In this document: positions 9,991 through 19,321 of the stretch, piece after piece
How the letters are laid out: the number at the start of each line of letters is the position of its first letter
How positions within the stretch are numbered: position 1 is the stretch's first letter
Assembly: GCA_044236265.1 (NCBI GenBank)
Contig: JBIIGV010000018.1
Span: forward strand, 1-33,108
Source: Oligoflexales bacterium
GTDB lineage: Bacteria > Bdellovibrionota_B > Oligoflexia > Oligoflexales > RGVZ01
DNA length: 33,108 bases
Direction: 5' to 3'
The notes under the pieces: generated by a model
Told to the model about the DNA's origin: nothing
What the model saw: only the letters and a program-made list of their open reading frames with translations
Database searches by the model: none
Position numbers and translations under genes: made by a program

Positions 9991-10013
9991 AGGGCCCCCT
10001 CGACATTTTTTCT

Positions 10014-10041
10014 TAAAGTCGGCCTGAAGTTTTTCCGAAGA
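10014..10041 (+). promoter_or_regulatory. Putative sigma28 (FliA)-type promoter
   Basis: TAAA-N16-TCCGAAGA ending 20 nt upstream of the small ORF at 10062. Confidence 0.45.
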
Positions 10042-10061
10042 CTCCGCTGAGGGAGGGCGGC

Positions 10062-10307
10062 ATGGAAAAGATTCCCGTCGAAATATTCGTATCCGAGCAA
10101 CTTAACCATCCACGTTATAAATCAATTATAGCACAGATGGCGGTTAACGAGACCCTTGTGCATCTAACCTTGGTTAGATTTTTTAAAGATCAGGGGATCA
10201 ATTTTATTACCCCGGGGTTAGCATCTATTCTGGCAGATCGTTTTGCACATGAGCTTGAACAGCGTCAAGGCGTCAGCGGCGTCGTAGGGCGAATGCTTCA
10301 GAAATAA
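10062..10307 (+). CDS. Small hypothetical protein (81 aa)
   Basis: Strong GAGGGAGG RBS; fills the gap between the hydrolase gene and xdhC without overlap. Confidence 0.7.
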   Translation: MEKIPVEIFVSEQLNHPRYKSIIAQMAVNETLVHLTLVRFFKDQGINFITPGLASILADRFAHELEQRQGVSGVVGRMLQK

Positions 10308-10325
10308 ATCAATTCCTGGCAGATC

Positions 10326-11102
10326 TTATCCGCGTGTTTGCAATAAGTGAGCTGCGATACTGACAGCGATTTCTTCGGGTGTGTTGTTTCCGATCGGAAG
10401 TCCCATGGGGCAATGAAATCGTTCAGTTTCTTCTCGCGTAAATCCTTCTTCGACGAGGGTGGCGCGAATTTTTCTAGCTTTGACTGTGCTGCCGATAACG
10501 CCAATGTACGGAGCACTTTTCAATTTAAGTGCCTCGCGAACGACGACTAAATCGTGCACGTGTCCTGGGGTCGCAATAACATGGTAGGTTTTTTCCGGGA
10601 ACGTCGCGGGGATCTTTGCCAGATCATCAGTTAAAATAGTCTTTACGCGAGTGCCGTGGCGATCCTTTATTTTTCCTAGCCAATCTTCGCGGGTATCGGT
10701 CACCGTAAGCTGACAATTCAAACTGACCAGCAAATTAGTTAGTGCTTGGCTAACATGACCAGCTCCGTAGATGGCAATGCTCCAGGAATCATGGATGGTG
10801 GCTTCAATGAAAATGGTTGCAACACCTCCGCACACCATCCCTAGATCCTGATTGAGATCTATTCGGTGAAGTTGAGCAGCATGTTTCTTATCCACGAGCT
10901 GCTGCTGCCCAAGTTGTATTCCTTTGGCCTCTAACTTTCCTCCGCCGATGGTTCCAGCGTGAAGACCTGCTGCCGTCACAATCATCTTGGCTCCCACTTC
11001 CTGTGGAACGTGGGCGTCAATCCGAATCATCGTCACAAGAGCGTAGCTTGTGCCCGTAAGGTCTAAATCATGACAAGTTTTTATGACTTGAGATAAGTTC
11101 AC
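10326..11102 (-). CDS. xdhC: Xanthine dehydrogenase accessory protein XdhC
   Basis: GAKMIV, GTIGGGKLE, LGMVCGG, GAGHVS, YIGVIGS and CPMGLPIGNNTPEEIAVSIAA; follows xdhB. Confidence 0.95.
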   Translation of the reverse strand: MNLSQVIKTCHDLDLTGTSYALVTMIRIDAHVPQEVGAKMIVTAAGLHAGTIGGGKLEAKGIQLGQQQLVDKKHAAQLHRIDLNQDLGMVCGGVATIFIEATIHDSWSIAIYGAGHVSQALTNLLVSLNCQLTVTDTREDWLGKIKDRHGTRVKTILTDDLAKIPATFPEKTYHVIATPGHVHDLVVVREALKLKSAPYIGVIGSTVKARKIRATLVEEGFTREETERFHCPMGLPIGNNTPEEIAVSIAAHLLQTRG

Positions 11103-11106
11103 AATC

Positions 11107-13566
11107 TCATTCCTTTACCGATTCAAAGCGTGCGAATAGCGCTGGACTCAAGTGACGTAGAGTGCGCTCGGCGGTCGCGGGAATGGTCAAGCTGTGCTGG
11201 CGGTTAAAATCCATGGTCGATTTGTCGATCTCTGACGCGTAGCGAATGGCATCTTTCACTGCCGTCCAAACGGATAGCGATAGAAGCAGAGGTGGTTCGC
11301 CTACAGCTTTTGTTCCGCGAATGTTCACTACGTTGTCGTTGTTGTGGGCCAATTTCACATTGAATACGCGGGGCGTGTCTTGAACGCTGGGGATTTTGTA
11401 AGTGCTTGGAGAATGAGAAAGCAGGAGTCCCTCTTTATTGTACACGAGATTCTCTGTGGTCACCCAGCCCATTCCCTGAACGAATGCACCTGTAACCTGC
11501 CCAAGGTCTAATCCCTCATTAATAGGGCGACCAAGATCCATCAGGATATCGACGCGCCGAACTTTTATCTCTCCAGTCATGCGATTGATTTCGACTTCGC
11601 TGACCGCCGTGCCTTGCGTGAAATAGTGGAAAGCTTGACCCTGGCCCTTCAGTTTATCAAAGCCCAGGTTCTCGGTTTTATGAAACCCGTACTCACCGAG
11701 CGACGTTCGATTCAAGTAGGCTTCGACAACCAAATCTGCAAAAGCAATTTTGAAATTTGAGCCGGTAACGCGAACTTCGTTGTTCTCGAAAGTTGTTTTC
11801 GCCAAGGCTTCGTCATAGGGGATCTTTTTGATATCAATTTCCGGAGCTGTGCCAAGGCCTGCGGTTTTGGATGGCCAGGCGTCACTCCAAGTGTGCGAAA
11901 GCTGAAGGGCCAGTGATGCCAAACGCTCTTTTAACCGTCGTGCGGCGATCCAGGCGGCCGCACCGTTTATATCAGTCCCTGTAGACGCAGCGGTGGGGGA
12001 GGTGTTTGCATTTTTTTCAGTCGATGTGGACATGACGCGAATTTTGTCCATAGACAAACCAAGTTCTTCGGCAACGAGCATGCCAATACGTGTGTTGACC
12101 CCTTGTCCCATTTCGACGGCGCCAGTCGATACCTGGACTGAGCCGTCGCGGTGAATATTCACGAGCGCGTTACCTTGGTTGAGAAAGCGGGTCGTAAACG
12201 ATATGCCAAACTTGACGGCTGTCATAGAGAGTCCGCGCATATATTGCGCGTCTTCGGAGAAGCAATTTGTGGCTTTCAAAGCCTTCTCGTTGTGCGCGGT
12301 GATCTCTTGGCGGCGGCGACGATAGTCTGCGCTTACTTCAAGTTCATCAAATAGTAGCGGAAGCATGTTGTTTTCAACGGTTTGGCCGTAATGAGTGACA
12401 TCCCAGCCGGCGCGATATACGCTGGCCTTGCGGATATCCAAGGCGTCTATTTTGAGTTCTCGCGCGATATCCTCAATCACTCCTTCGATGGCTGCCACAC
12501 CCTTGGGTCCACCAAAACCGCGGAACGCTGTGTGCGGGTGGTAGTTCAACTTGCACACCTGACCAATCACTTCCACGTGGGGGATATAGTACGCATTGTC
12601 AGAGTGTAGCATGGCCCGTTCCATGATCGCCGTCGATAGGTCGGCATAGGCTCCACCATCCGAATAAAGTCTGGAACGCAAGGCCAGTATCTTACCCTTG
12701 TCGTCGAATCCAACCTCGTAATGAATTTCAAACGGGTTGCGTTTGCCGGTCATGATCATGTCATCATCTTTGGTTAATACAATGCGCGCAGGTCGCTTTG
12801 CTTTTGCTGCCACAAGTGCTGCGTAGGCTGCAATCGGGCTAGCTTGAGACTCTTTACCGCCAAAGCCTCCGCCTAACCTTTTTACAACACAGACCACGTC
12901 GCTGAAGTTTACGCCGAGCGCGTGGGCTACGGTGTGCTGCGTTTCAGTTGGGTGCTGAGTCGATGAGTGGACCTCCATCTGTCCTTGCTCTTTTGGGTAG
13001 GCAACAGCCCCTTGGTTTTCAAGGTAGAAGTGATCAGCTCCCTGGATGACTAATTTTCCCGCTAGACGATGAGGCGCAGAAGTAAGTGCATGGTCTGCAT
13101 TGCCGCGTCGGATAAATCTTTCAGATCCAATAAATGACTTTTTGGCAATGGCATCGGTAATATTCATGACCGAAGGTAGCGGCTTATACTCAACGCTGAT
13201 CGCGTTTAGTGCTTCGCGTAAAGACTCAGGAGACGATGCTCCGACGACCGCTAAAACCTCTCCGGCAAACAAGGTGACCTTGTCTGCTATTATTGGCTGA
13301 TCCTGAAATATTGGTCCCCATGCGTTGTGATGAACGTCTTTTGCCGTCACAATGCAGGCTACACCGGCAACCTTGGAGGCCTTGCTGACGTCCAGTTTTT
13401 TGATCTCTGCGTGCGCGACCTTGCTGTAGAAACAGCCAACAAATAGCTCGCCCGCCAGCATGGTCCGATCATCGACATATTCTGACTGTCCGGTCACATG
13501 CGTCAAAGAGGAATCGTGTGGCAGTGATGCCGAGGTATCTTGGGGCGATTTGGTGGGCGTTGTCAC
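11107..13566 (-). CDS. xdhB: Xanthine dehydrogenase molybdopterin-binding subunit
   Basis: HVTGQSEYVDD, RLGGGFGGKESQ, AFRGFGGP, VKFGISFT, EMGQG, NTSPTAAS and KAVGEPPL (catalytic Glu). Confidence 0.96.
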   Translation of the reverse strand: MTTPTKSPQDTSASLPHDSSLTHVTGQSEYVDDRTMLAGELFVGCFYSKVAHAEIKKLDVSKASKVAGVACIVTAKDVHHNAWGPIFQDQPIIADKVTLFAGEVLAVVGASSPESLREALNAISVEYKPLPSVMNITDAIAKKSFIGSERFIRRGNADHALTSAPHRLAGKLVIQGADHFYLENQGAVAYPKEQGQMEVHSSTQHPTETQHTVAHALGVNFSDVVCVVKRLGGGFGGKESQASPIAAYAALVAAKAKRPARIVLTKDDDMIMTGKRNPFEIHYEVGFDDKGKILALRSRLYSDGGAYADLSTAIMERAMLHSDNAYYIPHVEVIGQVCKLNYHPHTAFRGFGGPKGVAAIEGVIEDIARELKIDALDIRKASVYRAGWDVTHYGQTVENNMLPLLFDELEVSADYRRRRQEITAHNEKALKATNCFSEDAQYMRGLSMTAVKFGISFTTRFLNQGNALVNIHRDGSVQVSTGAVEMGQGVNTRIGMLVAEELGLSMDKIRVMSTSTEKNANTSPTAASTGTDINGAAAWIAARRLKERLASLALQLSHTWSDAWPSKTAGLGTAPEIDIKKIPYDEALAKTTFENNEVRVTGSNFKIAFADLVVEAYLNRTSLGEYGFHKTENLGFDKLKGQGQAFHYFTQGTAVSEVEINRMTGEIKVRRVDILMDLGRPINEGLDLGQVTGAFVQGMGWVTTENLVYNKEGLLLSHSPSTYKIPSVQDTPRVFNVKLAHNNDNVVNIRGTKAVGEPPLLLSLSVWTAVKDAIRYASEIDKSTMDFNRQHSLTIPATAERTLRHLSPALFARFESVKE

Positions 13567-15035
13567 GCGGAACCCCCCATCGCAAAGTGTTCATGAATAT
13601 ATTTACTGAATAGTTGATGAACGAGAACTCTACGGAACGCGCCTGTTCCCCGGACATCAGATATCGGGTGAATCTCATCATTTAGTAAATCCAGTGCGCG
13701 GTCCAAAAGTTTCTGGGTCATGGGCTTTCCAACAAGAAACGTTTCCAGTTTGTGGATTCGCACCGGAGTTGCAGCGATCCCGCCGAAGGCCAGTGCTGCG
13801 TTCTTGATGTCCCCTGATTTTGAGGTTTCTATGGATAGTGCTGCGCTCACTGCCGAGATGTCGAGGTCTTTGCGTTGCGACGTCTTGAATAGTTTTATGG
13901 AGGTTGTTTGCGAAGTCAGGGGGATTTCTACCGCCGTGATAAATTCACCCGCCTTTAAAGCGAGTTTTTTATAGCCCAGGAAGAATTCTGTGATCGGAAT
14001 TTTACGTTTAATTACTTTACCTGCTGAAAACTTGGCAGCATGAACAACGGCGTCACTTGCGAGTAGAAACGGGAGTGTGTCTCCGATCGGGGAGGCGTTT
14101 GCGAGGTTTCCGACGAGGGTTGCCACATTTTTAATTTGAGGTGACGCAAAAAGATCAAGAAACTTGGAAAATTCGGGAATACGTTTTTCGGTGGCTTTGC
14201 GCAGACGACCTAAACTTGCCCGAGCACCAACGACCAATGATGTCTTGCTTGTGCTGATTTCATAGAGCTCGGGGATGTTTTGCAAGCTTAACAGATGTTT
14301 GGGAAGAGGTCGTCCCTTGTTGGTTTGAACGCCGAGGTCTGTTGTTGCAGCGACCATTCTTGTGTCTTTGTGTTTGGCGTAAAATTTACATGCGTCTTGA
14401 AGTCGCATCGGGGCGCTAAATAGCCGTCCTTGTGTATCGCTTAGTAATACAGGCAGTTTGATCTCTTTTTTGAGCTGCTGAAGGTTTTGATTGGTCAGGT
14501 AGCGTTTGCTGAGATTGTGGGTTTCAGAGGCTTTAGCCTTTTCTGCCGCATCAAGGATTGGACTGTATCCAGTGCATCGACAAAGATTTCCCGTCGTATA
14601 ATTGGCGGCTGTCTTACGATCCAGGTGAGTCTTAACTTCTAAGGCGCCTGAAAGTGCCATTACAAAACCTGGGGTGCAATAACCACACTGTGAACCGTGA
14701 CAAACGCGCATGGCAGCCTGTGCCGGAGCAAGCTCTCCGTTTACTTCTAGTCCTTCGACTGTTACCAGGTGGCTACCATCCATCTGTGCGACGGTGGCAA
14801 TACATGAGTTCATCGACATGAATGTCGGTTTTTTTGAAGAATTAGCAGGTTCGAACGCGCGTAGGACTGTACATGCGCCGCAGTCACCTTCCGCACAAAC
14901 GATCTTGGTCCCGGTTTTTAACGCTCGCTTTCTGAGCCACTCAGCGAGCATCATAAAGGCGTCATCGCCCTCGACGCGTGTCAATTCGCCATTGAGGTAA
15001 AATGCAACGTAATGTCTACTGGTCTTACCACTCAT
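13563..15035 (-). CDS. xdhA: Xanthine dehydrogenase small subunit (2x[2Fe-2S] + FAD)
   Basis: GTKIVCAEGDCGACTV, SQCGYCTPGF, GNLCRCTGY, FASPQIKNVATLVGNLANASPIGD; 4-nt overlap with xdhB. Confidence 0.96.
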   Translation of the reverse strand: MSGKTSRHYVAFYLNGELTRVEGDDAFMMLAEWLRKRALKTGTKIVCAEGDCGACTVLRAFEPANSSKKPTFMSMNSCIATVAQMDGSHLVTVEGLEVNGELAPAQAAMRVCHGSQCGYCTPGFVMALSGALEVKTHLDRKTAANYTTGNLCRCTGYSPILDAAEKAKASETHNLSKRYLTNQNLQQLKKEIKLPVLLSDTQGRLFSAPMRLQDACKFYAKHKDTRMVAATTDLGVQTNKGRPLPKHLLSLQNIPELYEISTSKTSLVVGARASLGRLRKATEKRIPEFSKFLDLFASPQIKNVATLVGNLANASPIGDTLPFLLASDAVVHAAKFSAGKVIKRKIPITEFFLGYKKLALKAGEFITAVEIPLTSQTTSIKLFKTSQRKDLDISAVSAALSIETSKSGDIKNAALAFGGIAATPVRIHKLETFLVGKPMTQKLLDRALDLLNDEIHPISDVRGTGAFRRVLVHQLFSKYIHEHFAMGGSA

Positions 15036-16042
15036 GATTTAAACTCCGAAGCATCGGGCCGCGGGCTGGCATCTGTGTGCTCGTCCCGGCCACGGATCAC
15101 AAGTATAGCACTGCGCAGTGCCCGTGCATGCCTATTTTCTGGATTGAGCCAGCGATCCCAAGGCAATAATCTGAGTAAAAGATAAACAATGAAGACGCCG
15201 GCTAACCCTCTTAAAGTGATCCAAACAGCGTCGATAAATGCTGAGTCCAAAAAATAAGACAAGCCACCCATGAGGGCAGCTGAAATCCAAACCATTGGGT
15301 GCCTAAGATCTTTCAATGCAAGTTTGATGTTCATCCATAGGCTGGTCTTGCCCGGCCCGTAGACTCGGGGTGTTGCTGTGGGACCTGCAGAAACACGTCG
15401 ATTTATGAATGACTCCCACCTGGAAAGCAGCGTGTTGGGACGCCCAACCGGAGAGTTCCAAGCGAGAATAGCTAGTATGCCTGCCAGCAAACATTTGGCT
15501 CCAAGAAGAATAAAAAGTGCGGTAACTAATGAAAAATTCTCAAGAAGTGTAACGTCAGCCACAAGCTTTTCCCATGCGCCTTGAATTCGTTGCCACTCGG
15601 TTTCGGACAGCGTTGCAACCATGACTCCTGCAAGAATTGCTGGTTGCGCGATTCCCCAGACCGCTAACAGCATGGAGCCAGCGATAACGCCGATAAGTGT
15701 TGGTCCAAAAATAGTCGTGCCCGCCGTGAATAAGAGTCCCTGCACTCCTATCGCAAGCATTGGAGTCAACCGTTTACCTACAGGTGCAAATGATTTAAGA
15801 AGGGCCGTCACGGAAGAGATTTCAAATCCCAGTGATCTTGCACCGGGCAGATCATGATTAAGACGGGTGATTCTCGATAAAAAAAGAGCCTGATTGAGCG
15901 ACAGCATGGTACCCGTCATGGGAATGTGCGCCGCATGCAGGAAGCTTCCAACGCCAACTTCAGCCAGTGCAAGCGTCCCAGCCCAAGTGCCTACTTGATC
16001 TGCATGGGACGGTTTTTGAGACTCGGATGCACCCGAAGTCAC
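15032..16042 (-). CDS. Integral membrane protein of unknown function (possibly transporter or ECF S-component-like)
   Basis: About 7-8 hydrophobic segments; abuts the bolA stop and overlaps the xdhA start by 4 nt. Confidence 0.75.
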   Translation of the reverse strand: MTSGASESQKPSHADQVGTWAGTLALAEVGVGSFLHAAHIPMTGTMLSLNQALFLSRITRLNHDLPGARSLGFEISSVTALLKSFAPVGKRLTPMLAIGVQGLLFTAGTTIFGPTLIGVIAGSMLLAVWGIAQPAILAGVMVATLSETEWQRIQGAWEKLVADVTLLENFSLVTALFILLGAKCLLAGILAILAWNSPVGRPNTLLSRWESFINRRVSAGPTATPRVYGPGKTSLWMNIKLALKDLRHPMVWISAALMGGLSYFLDSAFIDAVWITLRGLAGVFIVYLLLRLLPWDRWLNPENRHARALRSAILVIRGRDEHTDASPRPDASEFKS

Positions 16043-16273
16043 TTAGAGGGCCTTTGTAGTTAGAGCCAGAGCATGAATCTCTTGCTTCATCCAATCGCCC
16101 AGAGCTTTATAGACCAGTTGATGCTGTTCCACGAGTGACTTGCCTGAAAACTGCGAAGATTCAATTGTTACCTGCCAGTGATCGCCTCCCCCAGTCATGT
16201 CTGAAGCTTTAATTCTTGCATCTGGAAACGATTCGAGAAGCTTTTTTGTAAGAATTTCGGCGGTCATTTGCAT
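16043..16273 (-). CDS. bolA: BolA/IbaG family protein
   Basis: GGGDHWQVTIESSQFSGKSLVEQHQLVYKAL...EIHALALTT. Confidence 0.93.
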   Translation of the reverse strand: MQMTAEILTKKLLESFPDARIKASDMTGGGDHWQVTIESSQFSGKSLVEQHQLVYKALGDWMKQEIHALALTTKAL

Positions 16274-16369
16274 TGGCTTAAGATCTCCAAATAAATGAGG
16301 AAACTATGGAACAAAGAGGCTCGATTGTGCCATGATCAGCCTGAAACGCAAGATGTAGTAGGGGGATGT

Positions 16370-16966
16370 GTGCCCATAGAATGCCAGAGGCGAGACCTGG
16401 TGGTTGCGACGAACAACCAACACAAACTTCAGGAAATCCAGTCGATTTTGGGTCCAAGGTGGAGGATTTTGGGTGCTCAGGACGTAGCTTCCGGTCTGTC
16501 ATGGGATGAGACGGGGACATCGTTTTTAGAGAATGCCCGAATCAAGATTGCTGCCCTCCGTCGGCATTTTAAAGGTTGCATTCTGGCCGACGATAGTGGG
16601 CTATGTGTCGATGCGCTTCAGGGTGCTCCGGGTGTGGTTTCCAGTAGCTACGGCGGCGTGGAAGGAGATCATGCACGAAATGTGGCCCGGCTTCTAGCAG
16701 ATTTGCGAGACGTGCCGGAATCGTTACGTGGAGCTCACTTCTACTGCCTGATTCTTTTTTCAAATGAAAAAGGCGAAGAAAAAGTATTCGAGGGTAAGTG
16801 CAACGGACGAATACTTGAGTCCCCACGCGGTCATGGTGGGTTCGGTTACGATCCTGTTTTTGCCCCGGATGGCTACTCGATCTCGATGGCTGAAATGGCT
16901 GCCAGCGATAAGAATGCCATCAGTCATCGTGGTCTTGCTATGAAGGCGTTCAAAGAAGCATTCTAA
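16370..16966 (+). CDS. rdgB: Non-canonical purine NTP pyrophosphatase (XTP/dITP), RdgB/HAM1
   Basis: VVATNNQHKLQE, ETGTSFLENARIK, ADDSGL, GGFGYDPVF and KNAISHRG. The GTG at 16370 after AGGGGG is preferred to the ATG at 16295. Confidence 0.94.
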   Translation: MPIECQRRDLVVATNNQHKLQEIQSILGPRWRILGAQDVASGLSWDETGTSFLENARIKIAALRRHFKGCILADDSGLCVDALQGAPGVVSSSYGGVEGDHARNVARLLADLRDVPESLRGAHFYCLILFSNEKGEEKVFEGKCNGRILESPRGHGGFGYDPVFAPDGYSISMAEMAASDKNAISHRGLAMKAFKEAF

Positions 16967-16979
16967 AAGAATGAGGAAT

Positions 16980-17963
16980 CTATGGTCGGGTACTGCCCAG
17001 CTTGCGCTCAGCGGCCACCTTGAATTCTTGATACTCTTTTGATGTGTGAATCCACCCGAAATCTTTGTGTTTCAAAGCCTGCTGCAGTTCGCTGCGATAT
17101 TTACGCGCATCGAGTAGGAAAGCGTTTAGATAATAAACGGCGCCGGATGCATCGCCGTTTTTAGCTTCGCATCTGGCTAGCAAAAACACACCGCGACGGG
17201 CATCCATCTCTTCGTCGGCAAATACTTTACTCGCTTGCTGCAAAGCCCATATCTTCTTGAGAGGTCTCGTCGCGAGATCGCAACGTTCCAACTCGCGGTA
17301 GGAGTTTCCTAGTCGGAACAATCCTTTGACGTCCATGTCTTTTGCTTCTTCCGCTTTAAGATAAAATTTTACGGCTTCGCGGTATTTTTTTGCAGCGTAA
17401 AATTTTTCTGCTTCAGCGTAGTCCTTGCCGGCCGGTTTCCGAGTCTTTTTTTCGATGCCTTCACCAACCATTGCTTCACCAGCGACCTTGACGTCACTTA
17501 GAATGTAACCGTTACCCAGTAGGCAAGGGACGTCCCCGGTGCCATTGCAGCATTTCTCTGAAAGATTAGCTGTAATGCGCTTTTGTTTGATCGTGTCACA
17601 GGTGAGGCTGCCAGGGGGAATAAACATAATGGTATTTTTGCCCTGCAGTACGCCTTTGCTGGTGCTGACTCCTTCCTTGATGGCCTGGCTAAAGACAACA
17701 GTGCCTTTAAGAATCAGGCCACGATAGCTGTCAAGAAGTTGCTTTTTTCCTTCGGTATCCAAATCATCAATAAATTTATACTTAGGCTTGCTGGTGTCAA
17801 AAATCGCTGGATCAAAAGGTTTGCAGATTTCGACGTCAAATGAAATTGGTCCTTTTACAAGGGAGAAGCAACTTCCTTGAGCGAAAAGATTCTGAGACGC
17901 CAGCCCTGTGATGATGCCAACAATCAGTCCGACAAGTCTTTTTGTTCTGTCAAGTCTGTCCAC
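16980..17963 (-). CDS. Exported TPR-containing protein with a Cys-rich N-terminal domain
   Basis: Signal-peptide-like N-terminus; C-terminal TPR-like helices (AEKFYAAKKYREAVKFYLKA, LFRLGNSYRELERCDLA). Confidence 0.75.
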   Translation of the reverse strand: MDRLDRTKRLVGLIVGIITGLASQNLFAQGSCFSLVKGPISFDVEICKPFDPAIFDTSKPKYKFIDDLDTEGKKQLLDSYRGLILKGTVVFSQAIKEGVSTSKGVLQGKNTIMFIPPGSLTCDTIKQKRITANLSEKCCNGTGDVPCLLGNGYILSDVKVAGEAMVGEGIEKKTRKPAGKDYAEAEKFYAAKKYREAVKFYLKAEEAKDMDVKGLFRLGNSYRELERCDLATRPLKKIWALQQASKVFADEEMDARRGVFLLARCEAKNGDASGAVYYLNAFLLDARKYRSELQQALKHKDFGWIHTSKEYQEFKVAAERKLGSTRP

Positions 17964-19063
17964 AGTATCTGTCCTTGAGTTGCATAAACATTGTTATGAC
18001 GATCGCGGTATTCGAATTCAACCTCTAGTCCCGATGGTGCCACGCTCTTATCTATTGTAATCGAGGGCAAAGAAAAACTGTAGTCGCGTAAATTGGGAAT
18101 GAGAGGAATCTCTAGCCAGGTTGTGCTTCCTTTTGCGCGGTACTTCATCTTGCCATCAACAATGTCATTTTCTGCAAGCTTGCTCACAGCAGCGGCAAGA
18201 TTCGATGCCTGAACCGATCCAACATGAAGTACCTGGCCATCTGCAGTTTTACTTGCGATTTCGTTACGAAGAACAGTATCATTTGCGCTTCCCAGCATGA
18301 CAGTCGCAATGGATACTGGATAATACTTCCCGCTGATCATCACCCCGGGCGACTGTAGACGCTGAGAAACGGCAGGGCCTCCGTTGTCGTGAGGTTCACC
18401 ATCGGATATGAAGTAAATCTCTTTCATAGCACCTGGGCGACTGCCTGATAGAATTTGTTCGGCAGCTAGGAGTGGTGGGCCATAGCTGGTGTCGCCTTGA
18501 GCTGCGCACAGGGTGTTGACAATCGAACCGTTGCGAGCCATGTCTGCGAAGAGGTTGGCGCGATCACCGAACATGGCGTTCGACTTTGCGACGACCTGGT
18601 CGGAAAAAGTGATTATGCCGTAGCGGGAATCACCGCGACGCGAACTGACATCGTTGATGATCGCTTCAACAGATTTCAAACGCCCGCAGCTGTTTGATAC
18701 TTTTGGATCATTGTCACGCATGGACCCAGATGTATCGATTACAAAAATAATATCCCGTGGGTAAGTGACTGGAGGGCAAACTTTTCCGCTGAATTGAAGT
18801 GGTGTTTTGTCGAAAGACGCAGACTTGAATCGATGGTCTCCGCCGCCACTGATGACGACTTTGTTATTTAAGGTCGTGGGAGCAACCGCTGGCGCGCTGT
18901 CACACTGCCAAAACCAAGTCAGTTGATCCACTTTCTGGCCATTGTATGCATCTGCACTGGGACGCGCAGTGCTTCCCCCGTCAAATGTCGCCTCACCGCA
19001 GCTGTTGAAAGCAAGTATCGATAAAAATACTGCTGCCGGCACTTTGTTCGTGCGCGTGTTCAT
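17924..19063 (-). CDS. vWA domain lipoprotein
   Basis: Lipobox-like AFNSC, MIDAS DTSGS, GDTSY and FISDGEP; ATG 19063 follows GGAGG. Confidence 0.88.
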   Translation of the reverse strand: MNTRTNKVPAAVFLSILAFNSCGEATFDGGSTARPSADAYNGQKVDQLTWFWQCDSAPAVAPTTLNNKVVISGGGDHRFKSASFDKTPLQFSGKVCPPVTYPRDIIFVIDTSGSMRDNDPKVSNSCGRLKSVEAIINDVSSRRGDSRYGIITFSDQVVAKSNAMFGDRANLFADMARNGSIVNTLCAAQGDTSYGPPLLAAEQILSGSRPGAMKEIYFISDGEPHDNGGPAVSQRLQSPGVMISGKYYPVSIATVMLGSANDTVLRNEIASKTADGQVLHVGSVQASNLAAAVSKLAENDIVDGKMKYRAKGSTTWLEIPLIPNLRDYSFSLPSITIDKSVAPSGLEVEFEYRDRHNNVYATQGQILWTDLTEQKDLSD

Positions 19064-19113
19064 GGTTGTGTTCCTCCAAATGCGGCGTCGGACGTTAGGC
19101 CGCGCCGTCAGGG

Positions 19114-19140
19114 TGATCGGCCGGATAGGATCCAAATTGA
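19114..19140 (-). promoter_or_regulatory. Putative sigma28 (FliA)-type promoter for the vWA-TPR genes
   Basis: The minus strand reads TCAA-N15-GCCGATCA, close to the consensus TAAA-N15-GCCGATAA. Confidence 0.6.
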
Positions 19141-19165
19141 GGTGATTTGTCTAAATACCCGATAC
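19138..19165 (+). promoter_or_regulatory. Putative divergent sigma28-type promoter for the SH3-mlaE-GT51 genes
   Basis: TGAG-N16-CCCGATAC; good -10, weak -35 that overlaps the opposite promoter's -35. Confidence 0.35.
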
Positions 19166-19321
19166 TAATGAGAAAAAATTAGTCCTTTGCTATGAGAGCA
19201 ATCAGAGATGTGCTGCATGGAGTTGTATTTTATGAATTTCCTAAGCGAAACTCACGGACTACAGATAAAGTTTGATAACATAGAGTTACCACCATGGTTT
19301 GATTTTTTGAGGAGACATAAC

